DNA of 64,000 nt. Origin: Hahellaceae bacterium (GTDB lineage Bacteria; Pseudomonadota; Gammaproteobacteria; Pseudomonadales; Oleiphilaceae). Positions 1 to 10,064 of the stretch are shown here, in pieces; the first letter of the stretch is position 1; every line of letters starts with the position of its first letter. The translations under genes were made by a program, and so were the position numbers. The notes beneath the pieces were generated by a model. That model was not told where the DNA came from. It saw only the letters and a program-made list of their open reading frames with translations, and made no database searches. Location: positions 783,166-847,165 of the forward strand of contig JACKOD010000001.1 of assembly GCA_024234505.1 (NCBI GenBank), given 5' to 3'.

Positions 1-5
1 AAGAA

Positions 6-758
6 ATGGTCAGGAACCGTATTCCTTATGGCTTTCGACGTGCAGTCTTCGGATTTCTCGGTAGGGTTTATCCTAAACTTGATTGGATGCCGCGAATATT
101 CAGAGCAAAAACAACCTTTCAGGCCTTGGCGCGAAACTCTGTCGAGGCTTATTTCAATACGATCTCGATTCTGAAAGATGATCAGCGCGTTGAACTCTAT
201 TCCGATGCCTTTAAAAAGCAGCTTAATGGTTACAATGCGATTGAAGTATTTAACCGCCATGCTTCAGAGTGCCCCTCATCGCATCCGCTCAATTTGATTG
301 AGTATCTAGATCTTAAAACCTATTTGCCTGGCGATATTCTCACCAAAGTTGACCGTGCCAGTATGGCTCATGCATTGGAGGTGCGAGTCCCCTTGCTTGA
401 TCACAAATTAATCGAATGGATCAGTAACTTACCGCCTGAATTTAAGATAAAAGGTCAGGTTGGAAAATATATCCTGAAAAATACCATGGAGCCTCATTTA
501 CCTGAAGATATACTTTACCGCCCTAAAATGGGATTTGCTGTTCCGTTGGCGAGCTGGTTTCGAGGTCCGTTAAAATCCCATGTTCGTAAACAGCTTTTGG
601 GCGAGCGCCTGTTGTCTACCGGCTATTTCAATAAGGCAACGTTACAAAAACTGGTCAATGATCATGAAACAGGCAAGCGGGATTACAGTGCGCCCATCTG
701 GACGCTACTTATGTTTGATTCCTTCCTGGGCAAAGTGATGGACGGTACGGCCGTCTGA
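6..758 (+). CDS. Asparagine synthetase (AsnB)-family amidotransferase, C-terminal fragment (5' end outside window); exosortase-A-associated amidotransferase type
   Basis: Open frame from window edge. C-terminal AsnB-like synthetase-domain sequence (KVDRASMAHALEVRVPLLDHKLIEW). Lies within the PEP-CTERM EPS locus. Confidence 0.7.
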   Translation: MVRNRIPYGFRRAVFGFLGRVYPKLDWMPRIFRAKTTFQALARNSVEAYFNTISILKDDQRVELYSDAFKKQLNGYNAIEVFNRHASECPSSHPLNLIEYLDLKTYLPGDILTKVDRASMAHALEVRVPLLDHKLIEWISNLPPEFKIKGQVGKYILKNTMEPHLPEDILYRPKMGFAVPLASWFRGPLKSHVRKQLLGERLLSTGYFNKATLQKLVNDHETGKRDYSAPIWTLLMFDSFLGKVMDGTAV

Positions 759-793
759 TCATTTTTAAGATTCAGTAGCGAGATGGGTAACCA

Positions 794-2011
794 GTGAAAA
801 TTTTGCACGTTTTAGATCACTCAATTCCTTTACACAGTGGCTACACGTTCCGCACTCGTTCTATTTTGCGAGAGCAGCGTAAACTGGGTTGGGATACTGC
901 ACATGTCACAAGCGAAAAGCACAATCTGGCAGCGGGCCATGTTCCTGAAAAAGAAGTTGTGGATGGACTGGAGTTCTATCGCTCTGCGCCTTACTTTTCT
1001 TCCCTGACAGCTATCCCTGTACTTAATCAATGGCTTATCTCCAAAGGCCTGGAAAAGCGTTTGCTGGAAGTGGCACAGCTGGAAACGCCGGATATTATCC
1101 ACGCTCATTCACCGGCACTAAATGGTTTGGCCGCAGTTCATGTGGGTAAAAAGCTGGGAATTCCTGTTGTATATGAGGTGCGGGCGTTTTGGGAAGATGC
1201 GGCAGTCGACCATGGCACCACGACGGAAGGCAGCTTGCGCTATAGGTTGACCAAGGCACTGGAAACTTATGTGCTCAAGTCGGCTAATGCAGTGACTACC
1301 ATATGCCAGGGGCTTAAAGATGACATGGAAGCCCGGGGCATTTCTCCTGGAAAAATTACCGTCATTCCCAACGCCGTAGATATCGAAAAATTTGCCATTA
1401 TTGACTCGCAGGATCTGGCACTGGCGGAACAGCTACAGTTAACTGATAAGTTTGTCGTTGGGTTTATTGGTTCATTCTATGGATACGAAGGCTTACCTTT
1501 AATCATCGATGCATTGGTATTATTGAAAGACGCTCTTCCCGATTTGCATATCTTGCTGGTAGGCGGGGGACCAGAGGAGCAACGTCTTAAAGCCTATGTG
1601 ATCGAAAAAGGTGTTCAGGATCGTGTCACCTTTACGGGACGCGTCCCGCACGATGATGTAAACCGCTATTATTCTGTGATCGATGTGCTGGCGTATCCAC
1701 GCCAAAGTATGAGGCTTACAGAGCTGGTTACGCCGTTAAAACCGTTAGAAGCCATGGCACAAAAACGTTTGTTTATTGCTTCGGATGTGGGCGGACATCA
1801 CGAGTTAATCGTGGATGGTGTTACCGGCGTGCTATTTAAACATGGTGATGCCAGTTCACTTGCTGAAAAAATTGAATTACTCCGAAATAATACGGCGTTA
1901 CACGATAAATTAAAAAGCGAAGGGCGTAATTTTGTGGAAACGGTTCGCAATTGGAAAAATAGCGTCGCAAACTATCAGAACCTTTATGCAAGATTAAATG
2001 CTGGCGCATGA
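794..2011 (+). CDS. Glycosyltransferase family 4 (GT4), exosortase-A-system-associated type
   Basis: 405-aa ORF with GTG start. GT-B fold, C-terminal EX7E-like region (ELVTPLKPLEAMAQKRLFIASDVGG). Tightly packed with the next GT. Confidence 0.75.
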   Translation: MKILHVLDHSIPLHSGYTFRTRSILREQRKLGWDTAHVTSEKHNLAAGHVPEKEVVDGLEFYRSAPYFSSLTAIPVLNQWLISKGLEKRLLEVAQLETPDIIHAHSPALNGLAAVHVGKKLGIPVVYEVRAFWEDAAVDHGTTTEGSLRYRLTKALETYVLKSANAVTTICQGLKDDMEARGISPGKITVIPNAVDIEKFAIIDSQDLALAEQLQLTDKFVVGFIGSFYGYEGLPLIIDALVLLKDALPDLHILLVGGGPEEQRLKAYVIEKGVQDRVTFTGRVPHDDVNRYYSVIDVLAYPRQSMRLTELVTPLKPLEAMAQKRLFIASDVGGHHELIVDGVTGVLFKHGDASSLAEKIELLRNNTALHDKLKSEGRNFVETVRNWKNSVANYQNLYARLNAGA

Positions 2012-3183
2012 AAATTTTAACCTTGTCAAACCTGTATCCGAACAAGGTGAAACCAACGTTTGGTATTTTTGTTGAAAACCGACTTAAGGCGTTGTTGGCT
2101 ACAGGCGAGATCGAAACTATGGTGGTTTCCCCGAAACCCTGGTTTCCACTGTTTCGTTATTTATCGTCAGAATACGCAAGCCTTGCCAATATTCCGGCTT
2201 TCGAAGTGCGTGAAGGTATCAAAGTATACTATCCGAGATACTTGCACATTCCTAAATTAGGCATGCTATTTCAGCCCTTTTTTATGGCGTTGTGCTTATG
2301 GGGCCTTTGTCGGAAGCTTCGTAAGCAAGGATTTAATTTTCAGCTCATTGATGCGCATTATTTTTATCCAGATGGGGTCGCAGCCAGTAAGGTAGGGAAG
2401 TGGCTCGATACACCTGTTTTGATTACCTCCCGTGGCTCTGATGTCAATGAAATAGCGCGGTACCCAAAAGCAAAAGAAAAAATGCTTCAAGCGGCGGAGT
2501 ATGCGTCGCACCTGGTGACTGTGAGTGAGGCTTTGAGGCAAAAATTAATTAGTTTGGGAATCGCCCCAAATAAAATCACAACGCTTCGAAATGGCGTAGA
2601 TTTGGAAAAGTTCAGATGTTCGTTTGACCGAGAGGCGCTTCGAAAAAAATTAGGGGTTAAAGGCACGCGGGTGATTAGTGTCGGCAATCTAATACCTTTG
2701 AAAGGCCATCACATTGTTATTGAGGCCATTGAAAAAATACCGGATGCCGAGTTGGTGATTTGCGGTGATGGACCCTTGTTGAGTGACTTAAAGGTACTTG
2801 CCGGTAATTTAGGGTTGTCGGAACGAGTTATTTTCTTAGGACGTTTGGGTCAAGATGCCCTTATAGAGCAGTATCAAGCTGCAGATGTACTGGTTTTAGC
2901 TTCGGAAAACGAAGGTTGGCCTAACGTACTCCTGGAGGCCATGGCCTGTGGCGCATCGGTGGTGGCGACTAATGTAGGAGGCGTACCTGAGATTCTGGCT
3001 GGAACGGAACTGGGAGAAATATGTCAGCGCACGCCTGAGGATATTGCAAGGTCAATCCGGAAGATCATGGCGTTAGATACTCAGGGTGAACAAGCACGTT
3101 CTCACGCAGAAAAATTTAGCTGGCATGAAACAAGTGCCGGACAAAAAAGGTTATTTATGAAAGCACTGGATAATCGGGAATAA
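2008..3183 (+). CDS. Glycosyltransferase family 4
   Basis: 391 aa. GT4 C-terminal motif (EGWPNVLLEAMACGASVVATNVGG). Overlaps upstream stop by 4 nt, suggesting translational coupling. Confidence 0.75.
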   Translation: MKILTLSNLYPNKVKPTFGIFVENRLKALLATGEIETMVVSPKPWFPLFRYLSSEYASLANIPAFEVREGIKVYYPRYLHIPKLGMLFQPFFMALCLWGLCRKLRKQGFNFQLIDAHYFYPDGVAASKVGKWLDTPVLITSRGSDVNEIARYPKAKEKMLQAAEYASHLVTVSEALRQKLISLGIAPNKITTLRNGVDLEKFRCSFDREALRKKLGVKGTRVISVGNLIPLKGHHIVIEAIEKIPDAELVICGDGPLLSDLKVLAGNLGLSERVIFLGRLGQDALIEQYQAADVLVLASENEGWPNVLLEAMACGASVVATNVGGVPEILAGTELGEICQRTPEDIARSIRKIMALDTQGEQARSHAEKFSWHETSAGQKRLFMKALDNRE

Positions 3184-3185
3184 AT

Positions 3186-4460
3186 GTGGATCTTCGTAGT
3201 CTAATCATCTTGAGTATTGTTGTTGCCGGCTGCGTATATGCGCTTAAAAATGCGTATGTTGGTGCGTTACTTATGAGCTGGGTAGCGTATATGAACCCTC
3301 ACCGGATGTCGTGGGGATTTGCTTACTCCATGCCCATCGCACTCGTAGCAACAGCGGTAACAGCGTTGGCGCTTGTATTTTCCAAGGAAAAAAGTGCGCC
3401 GCCTTTAAGGGCGCCCCTGGTTTACCTCTTGCTCTTTATTTTTTGGGCAATTGGCACCTCATTCTTTGCATGGTTTCCTGACGAAGCGATGGAAGAATTG
3501 GTACGTTTTTTAAAAATCCAGATAATGATTTTGTTTACCTTAATGCTTTTTCAGAACAAGGAAAAATTAATCTGGTTGGTGCTGGTGGTTAGTCTGTCTA
3601 TCGGCTTTTTCGGTTTCAAAGGCGGTGTTTTTGCGGTGGCGACAGCCGGCAGCTATCGAGTATGGGGTCCGCCAGGGTCCTTTATCGAGGGCAATAATGA
3701 ACTGGCACTTGCTCTATTGATGGTGGTTCCACTGATTTATTTTTTACATGGGTATTACCAGAATAAATGGATAAAACGCGGTTTGATGTTAGTTATGGGG
3801 TTTAGTTTGCTTGCGGTATTAGCCAGCTATTCCAGAGGAGCTCTGTTGGCGTTAGCCTGCACTGGCGCCATGCTGTGGTGGAAAAGTGCTCATAAATTCA
3901 AAATTGGTGTAGTGGCAATCATTCTGGTGTTAAGTGTCATTCCGTTTATACCCCAGCAGTGGTATGACCGAATGAATACGATAGAAACCTATGAAGAAGA
4001 TGCCTCTGCCATGGGGCGAATAAATTCCTGGTATGTTGCCTACAACATTGCTTCCGATCGTATTGCAGGAGGGGGATTTCGGCATTGGAGTAAGGAAACC
4101 TTTGCATTGTATGCGCCTAGCCCGGAGGATGTTCATGATGCGCATAGCATCTATTTTGAGGTGCTGGGGGAGCTGGGCTTTCCTGGGCTGATTCTGTTTT
4201 TGCTGATGCATTTTTCCAATTGGTTTTTAGCATCCAGAACAATTAAATTATGTAGTGGAAATGAAAAGCTTGAATGGGCAGAGCAGCTCATGAAAATGGT
4301 TCAGGTTTCAATGGTTGCGTACGCGACGGGAGGGACTTTCCTGGGACTTGCTTTTTGGGATTTACCTTATCATTTGATATGTTTTGTTGTACTGACAAAT
4401 GTGATTGTTCGAAAAGAACTGGATCAGAGCGGTCAAAAAAAGAGTGGGCTTCGAATATGA
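3186..4460 (+). CDS. O-antigen ligase / Wzy-like polytopic membrane protein (putative O-glycosylation ligase of XrtA systems)
   Basis: 424 aa with about 10 hydrophobic helices. Wzy_C signature YSRGALLALAC. Confidence 0.7.
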   Translation: MDLRSLIILSIVVAGCVYALKNAYVGALLMSWVAYMNPHRMSWGFAYSMPIALVATAVTALALVFSKEKSAPPLRAPLVYLLLFIFWAIGTSFFAWFPDEAMEELVRFLKIQIMILFTLMLFQNKEKLIWLVLVVSLSIGFFGFKGGVFAVATAGSYRVWGPPGSFIEGNNELALALLMVVPLIYFLHGYYQNKWIKRGLMLVMGFSLLAVLASYSRGALLALACTGAMLWWKSAHKFKIGVVAIILVLSVIPFIPQQWYDRMNTIETYEEDASAMGRINSWYVAYNIASDRIAGGGFRHWSKETFALYAPSPEDVHDAHSIYFEVLGELGFPGLILFLLMHFSNWFLASRTIKLCSGNEKLEWAEQLMKMVQVSMVAYATGGTFLGLAFWDLPYHLICFVVLTNVIVRKELDQSGQKKSGLRI

Positions 4461-5095
4461 CCAATAAAACAACCTTTATAGTTGCTCACTTTTTTATATT
4501 CTCTCTTTTGAGTGGACTTAGTTCTGCGCGAGATAATGTAAACTGTGGTTCGCTTAAAAACGGGTATGGACCCTTTGATTATACAAACTATTCTCATCAA
4601 AGAGAGAAACTGCCCATCGTTGAAGAGCATCATTTCACGAGAGAAGTCGAGCAACTTCAACACGGTAAGGAAGGTCGTATTGAAGGTGATCTGGATTATG
4701 TGCTAAGAGCATTCCCTAATCACCATCGCGCTCTGTATGCGATGATGTTGCTGCAATTACGAAACGACAAGAACTTCGTTATACAGAGAGATATTTATAC
4801 TATGCAGTGTTACCTGGAAAGAGCCTTGAGGTTAAAGCCAGATGATGCTGTGGTGTATACCTTATACGGAATCTACCTTCATAAGTTGGGTAAACTCAAA
4901 GAAAGTGAAAGCAAATATCTTCAGGCGGTAAAAATCAATCCGAATGCTGCAGAAACCCGCTATAACTTCGGATTGTTGTATTGGGATATGAAACAGTACA
5001 GTAAAGCTTCAGAGCAGGCCCAGTTCGCGGAAAAATTGGGTTACCCACTTCGAGGCCTCCAGGAAAAGCTTCGCGCTAAAAATTTAACGCACTGA
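4458..5095 (+). CDS. Secreted TPR-repeat protein
   Basis: Signal peptide MTNKTTFIVAHFFIFSLLSGLSSA. C-terminal TPR-like repeats (AVVYTLYGIYLHKLGKLKESESKYLQAVKINPNAAETRYNFGLLYW). Start chosen at the ATG overlapping the upstream stop; the 273-aa track ORF start is rejected as an overlap. Confidence 0.55.
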
Positions 5096-5158
5096 TCAAG
5101 AGCTTTTAACCAGATTAGCTATAGCTCACCTTGATTTGCAATAGCATGGAAGTCATGA

Positions 5159-6640
5159 ATGTCGTCAATTCAAAAAAAGGTTTTAAACGGTGCAATATGG
5201 ATGGTTGCGCTCAGGTTTCTGGTTAAATCAATTGGCCTCGTTAGTACCATGGTGCTGGCACGAATTCTGGTGCCGGAGGATTTTGGGTTAGTCGCACTGG
5301 CCATGGCGGTCTATGCTTTTTTAGAGTTATTGAATCAGTTTGGGTTTGATGTTGCATTGATTCAAAACCAAAAGGCGACACGCGATCACTACAATTCAGC
5401 CTGGACGATGAAAGTAATTTTCGGACTGGTGGCCGGGCTAATCATGTGTTTTGCCGCGCCATGGGTGTCGGATTTCTATCATGATGAACGATTGACCCAC
5501 ATTATTTACATATTAGCGTTAGTGTTTGTCGTAGACGCATTTGAAAATATCGGGATTGTAGATTTCAGAAAAGAACTGAATTTCAATAGAGAATTCAAGT
5601 TTCAGTTGATCACCAAAGTGTTGGCAGTGACTGTCACAATCTCCCTGGCACTGTATTTTAGGAACTATTGGGCGCTTGTTATCGGTATTTTCGTTGGTCG
5701 CTGTATCTCTTTGGTTTTTTCTTACGTCTTATGTTCTTACCGACCTGGGTTCACGTTGGTTGAAGCTCGGTCGCTAATAAACTTTACAAAATGGTTGTTG
5801 GCCACCAATTTTCTGGCATTTATTAACGGACGTTCGAAAGAAATTATTCTGGGGAGAATATTTGAAGTTAAGGTGGTAGGACTGTATACCGTGGCAGAGG
5901 AAATTGCCAGTTTGCCCAGCACAGAAGTGATTGCGCCTGTAAATAGGGCCGTTTTTCCTGGATATGCCAAAGTTGCCGAAAATAAAAGCGAGTTACAGGA
6001 ATTATATTTAAACGTAATTTCTACCATTGCATTGATTGCCATTCCAGCAACTATCGGTTTATCGATTCTATCGCCCTTAGTGATTCCGATTTTGTTGGGA
6101 AAAAACTGGCTCGAAGCGGTTCCGATAATCGAAATTATAGCGATAGCAGATTGTTTTATAGCATTAAATACTAATGCCGCTTATTTTTTTACTGCGCTTG
6201 GCAAACCAAGAATTACGACCTTTTTGCTACTTATCAGGGTTCTTGTGTTAGTGCCACTTTTGATAGTTTTCAGCAAATCGTTCGGGCTAATTGGTGCCGC
6301 TTATAGTTTGCTTACCGTGGGTATGATGATGTTTCCCATTTACCTGGCGGTTATTTCAAGGCAAGTTGGGGTCTCGTTACTTAGATATATCGGGGCGGTA
6401 TATCGGCCAGCGGTAGCGGCAGCCATCATGTATTTTTTGATCAAACCTTATGTGTCTGTTATAGATGCCAGTCAACTTGATTTTATTGATTTGTTGATTG
6501 ATGCCCTTGGTTACTCGTTGCTTGGGGCATGTGTTTATATTTCTTCTGTAATCGCGCTATGGGTGCTTTCGGGTATGCCTAAGTCAATTGAGAAGGAAAT
6601 TCTGTTTAGAATATATGCAAAGCTAAACCTCATTAGTTAG
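5159..6640 (+). CDS. Polysaccharide biosynthesis protein, Wzx-like oligosaccharide flippase (MOP superfamily)
   Basis: 493 aa, about 12-14 TM helices. Typical Wzx N-terminus (LNGAIWMVALRFLVKSIGLVSTMVLARIL). Confidence 0.7.
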   Translation: MSSIQKKVLNGAIWMVALRFLVKSIGLVSTMVLARILVPEDFGLVALAMAVYAFLELLNQFGFDVALIQNQKATRDHYNSAWTMKVIFGLVAGLIMCFAAPWVSDFYHDERLTHIIYILALVFVVDAFENIGIVDFRKELNFNREFKFQLITKVLAVTVTISLALYFRNYWALVIGIFVGRCISLVFSYVLCSYRPGFTLVEARSLINFTKWLLATNFLAFINGRSKEIILGRIFEVKVVGLYTVAEEIASLPSTEVIAPVNRAVFPGYAKVAENKSELQELYLNVISTIALIAIPATIGLSILSPLVIPILLGKNWLEAVPIIEIIAIADCFIALNTNAAYFFTALGKPRITTFLLLIRVLVLVPLLIVFSKSFGLIGAAYSLLTVGMMMFPIYLAVISRQVGVSLLRYIGAVYRPAVAAAIMYFLIKPYVSVIDASQLDFIDLLIDALGYSLLGACVYISSVIALWVLSGMPKSIEKEILFRIYAKLNLIS

Positions 6641-6701
6641 AGAATTGACTATTAACAGCCTACCAATGCGTGGGTATTAATTGAAGACAAAGGATTTTTA
6701 G

Positions 6702-7955
6702 ATGTCTGGCAAGGCGCTTTTTGTTGCTTATCATTACCCGCCGATCGCTGTCAGCTCGGGGGTTCACAGGACGCTGGCATTTACGCGTTATCTAGCCGAC
6801 TGGGGGTGGCAGGTCACCGTGCTTACTGCAAAGCACACGCTCTATCCTCGATACGATCTTAGTCAGAACAAAAGTATTCCTGAGCAGGTCAATGTAATTC
6901 GTGCCTGGGGAAAAGATACAGCCAGGGATTTATCTATCGGTGGAAAATATCTCCAGTTTATGGCGATTCCTGATCGTTATCAGAGTTGGATTTTGGGGGG
7001 AGTGCTCTCTGGTTTGAAGTCAATTCGCCTCAATCGTCCCAATGTCATTATCTCCACGTATCCTATCGCGTCGGCACATGTTATTGCCTTTCTCTTACAT
7101 AAATTAACGGGGATTCCCTGGGTTGCAGACTTTCGAGATCCGATGGCACAAGAGGATTATCCTTCTAACCCAAGCGTTAAAAGAAGCTTTTTTTGGATTG
7201 AACGCCAAGCAGTCAAGTATGCTTCGAAACTCATTTTTGTAACTGAAAGTGCAAAGAATTACTATCTAGAGCGTTATCAAGATTGCGATACCAAAAAGTT
7301 TTGCGTCATAGAGAACGGCTATGATGAAGCAGTATTTTCCAGAGTGGAACTGCTTAGGCTTGGCACAGAGGTCAAGGCGACAAGTGATAATCTGTCATTA
7401 AACTTTCTGCACTCAGGAGTGATCTATCCTTCTGAGCGGGATCCACGTTTTTTGTTTCGTGCATTACAAGAGTTGAAACAGGAGGGTGGCATGGAAGGCG
7501 TCGCCATTCGCTTTACCTTGCGTGCGACCGGGCATGACGACTTATTTGAGAAATATATTAGAGAATACGGGCTGGAGAATCTCATCTCCCTGGAGGCGCC
7601 GATACCCTATGAAGCGGCAATATCTGAAATGTTCGATACCGATGTGTTGTTGCTATTGCAGGCCAACAACTGTGATAACCAGGTACCCGCTAAAGCCTAC
7701 GAATATATTCGGGTAGGTAAACCCGTACTTGCGCTTACATCAAAATCAGGAGAAACCGGTCGCTTGATCAGTGAAATTCCTAATTCGAAGGTTGCACCTC
7801 TTGATGATGTTATAGAAATTAAAAATGCTTTAAGAACTTTGATAGATGAAAAAAAGAATGGGGTGCTTTCTTCTGCACCAGCGGTAGAGAACAAATCATA
7901 TAGCCGTGAAAACGGAGCCAAGAGATTAGCTGAAATATTATCGGTTTTTTCCTAG
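6702..7955 (+). CDS. Glycosyltransferase (GT4-like)
   Basis: 417 aa. N-terminal GT-B signature (ALFVAYHYPPIAVSSGVHRTLAFTRYLADWGWQVTVLT). Confidence 0.65.
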   Translation: MSGKALFVAYHYPPIAVSSGVHRTLAFTRYLADWGWQVTVLTAKHTLYPRYDLSQNKSIPEQVNVIRAWGKDTARDLSIGGKYLQFMAIPDRYQSWILGGVLSGLKSIRLNRPNVIISTYPIASAHVIAFLLHKLTGIPWVADFRDPMAQEDYPSNPSVKRSFFWIERQAVKYASKLIFVTESAKNYYLERYQDCDTKKFCVIENGYDEAVFSRVELLRLGTEVKATSDNLSLNFLHSGVIYPSERDPRFLFRALQELKQEGGMEGVAIRFTLRATGHDDLFEKYIREYGLENLISLEAPIPYEAAISEMFDTDVLLLLQANNCDNQVPAKAYEYIRVGKPVLALTSKSGETGRLISEIPNSKVAPLDDVIEIKNALRTLIDEKKNGVLSSAPAVENKSYSRENGAKRLAEILSVFS

Positions 7956-7978
7956 TTTATCTGTCAGGGTAGTTTAGT

Positions 7979-9070
7979 GTGTTTAATGTATTTGGATTAA
8001 GTCTTAAACAATTTAAAGAGAAAAATTACGTCGCTGCATTTTCTGCAAAGGTGAGTCTGTTTTCTGATCCGGTCTGGTTTACCTTGCTTGATGAGCATGT
8101 AATAAAGGATACGGGGGAGGTTGTTTACTTTGTTGTCGAGAAAAATGAGCGTCCTGTATTTTTAATGCCTCTGATTATAAAGCCATTTGGCTTGCTGAAG
8201 CGGTATAAAGTAGCAGAGAGTTTAACAACTTATTACAGTACGTTTTATGAGCCCATTTACTTGGGCAATGAAGAAGATTTACCGGGCGCGCTGGATTCAC
8301 TTTTTAAGTATTTGAGAAATAATAGAGTTTTATATATTAAAGCCTATGGATTTTTAAGTGAGAGTTCGCTGTTACGCTCCATCGGTAATGCGGCAATATC
8401 ATCAAACTTTACTGTTGATCGGTTTGATTGTTATGGGAATTGGTATCTCAAGGTGAGTTCAAGTGACTATGATAGTTACTACAATTCACGACCTTCCCAG
8501 CTAAAAAATACGATAAAAAGACGTTCTAAGAAAATTCTGAAAGACTTTGATTCGGTCGAATATGTCCTTGTGTCGGATAATTCTGTCGATATAGAAAAAT
8601 ATATTGCGGATTACGAAAAAATTTATGCAAAGAGTTGGAAAATAGATGAACCCTATAAAGAGTTTATCCGTAATATTATTCGCTATCATGCCGGAAATGG
8701 TTCCTTGCGAATGGGATTGGCATACTTAAATCACACCGTAGCAGCTGCGCAAATATGGTTTTATATTGATTCTGTAAGTTATATTTTTAAGTTGGCTTAT
8801 GATCCTGATTACAGAGATACATCGGTTGGGACGTTATTGACTGATTATTTGTTCAGGCATTCCATTTCGATTGATAATGCGACAAAAATAGACTATTTAA
8901 CCGGCGATGATCCTTATAAGAAAGATTGGGTTGATATTCGTGATCAGGTAGTTGGCGTGGAATTGTTTAATACCTATAGCATTATGGGTAAGCTACTCGT
9001 TGTTTTTAATACGGCAAAAGCCAGATTAAAACCATTAGTTAATCGGTTGTTGAAGAAAAGCAGAAGCTAA
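7979..9070 (+). CDS. FemAB-related / BioF2-like GNAT-fold acyltransferase, PEP-CTERM system-associated type
   Basis: 363 aa. Length, composition and position match the FemAB-like protein conserved in XrtA loci. GTG start. Confidence 0.55.
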   Translation: MFNVFGLSLKQFKEKNYVAAFSAKVSLFSDPVWFTLLDEHVIKDTGEVVYFVVEKNERPVFLMPLIIKPFGLLKRYKVAESLTTYYSTFYEPIYLGNEEDLPGALDSLFKYLRNNRVLYIKAYGFLSESSLLRSIGNAAISSNFTVDRFDCYGNWYLKVSSSDYDSYYNSRPSQLKNTIKRRSKKILKDFDSVEYVLVSDNSVDIEKYIADYEKIYAKSWKIDEPYKEFIRNIIRYHAGNGSLRMGLAYLNHTVAAAQIWFYIDSVSYIFKLAYDPDYRDTSVGTLLTDYLFRHSISIDNATKIDYLTGDDPYKKDWVDIRDQVVGVELFNTYSIMGKLLVVFNTAKARLKPLVNRLLKKSRS

Positions 9071-10015
9071 ATGTTTATTCAATTGTTAGTTAAAAGCCTA
9101 TCGTTTAAAAATAAGCTGCCGATTCTAATTTATCATCAGGTCTTGCCTGATGATGATGTCATGCGCCCCTTCGAGATAAATAAGACACAGTTTGATTTGC
9201 AAATGGAAGTGATCCGAAAGTATTTTCGTCCGGTGACTCTTTATGATGGCGTGATGGCCGCCAAAGCCGGAAGGTTAACGCCAGGATCGATAGCTGTCAC
9301 TTTTGATGATGGCTATGAAAACAACTACTCGGTGGCACTGCCAATTTTGCAGAAGTATCAGATTCCTGCGACTTTCTTTGTTGCTTCTGATTTTCTGGAC
9401 GGCGGGATCATGTGGAACGATGCGATACTTGAAACGTTTCGTCAGGCTCCTTTGGGTGAATTGGATTTAGGTGGATTGGAACTGGGTAGGCACTGGATTA
9501 ATAGTGATGCTGATCGGTTTCCTGCAGCATTAAATGTGCTTACACAGCTTAAACATTTGCCATTTGAGGTTCGCGGGAAAAAAGTGACTGAAGTTACAAA
9601 GGGAGTCCAGCTACCCTCAGATTTAATGATGAGTTCAGAACAGGTTAGGCAGCTCAGTAGTGCGGGGATGGAGATAGGTGGCCATACGCTAACCCACCCA
9701 ATATTGACTAAGGTATCTATTGAAGAAGCCCGTCGCCAGATTACTGAAAACAAGCAGACGCTTGAGCAGATTCTGGGAGAAAATATTCGTTGTTTTGCTT
9801 ACCCGAATGGAAAGCCTGGTTTGGATTACGATATTACTGTTCGGTCGCTCGTTGAAAAGGCAAATTATGCTTTGGCGGTATCTACTAGTGCAGGAGCCGG
9901 TAGTCAGTCGTGTAACCCGTTTGAGTTTCCACGTTACACTCCGTGGCGACGTAACCGTGTTGGTTTCTTAGTCCAGCTTATATCTAATTATTTTACAAAA
10001 CCATCATACGCTTAA
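9071..10015 (+). CDS. Polysaccharide deacetylase (NodB homology domain), XrtA-locus subfamily
   Basis: 314 aa. NodB motifs TFDDG (VTFDDGYENNY) and HTLTHP. Start codon abuts upstream stop. Confidence 0.75.
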   Translation: MFIQLLVKSLSFKNKLPILIYHQVLPDDDVMRPFEINKTQFDLQMEVIRKYFRPVTLYDGVMAAKAGRLTPGSIAVTFDDGYENNYSVALPILQKYQIPATFFVASDFLDGGIMWNDAILETFRQAPLGELDLGGLELGRHWINSDADRFPAALNVLTQLKHLPFEVRGKKVTEVTKGVQLPSDLMMSSEQVRQLSSAGMEIGGHTLTHPILTKVSIEEARRQITENKQTLEQILGENIRCFAYPNGKPGLDYDITVRSLVEKANYALAVSTSAGAGSQSCNPFEFPRYTPWRRNRVGFLVQLISNYFTKPSYA

Positions 10016-10064
10016 GGCTAGGTTTAGGGTGGGCTAATTTCGGTTTAGGAAATAATTGCGCTTA

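Noticed and set aside
4274-5095. 273-aa ORF starting inside the O-antigen-ligase gene
   Set aside because: The N-terminal 61 codons overlap the upstream gene in another frame. A signal-peptide-bearing start (MTNKTTF) at 4458 coincides with the upstream stop.
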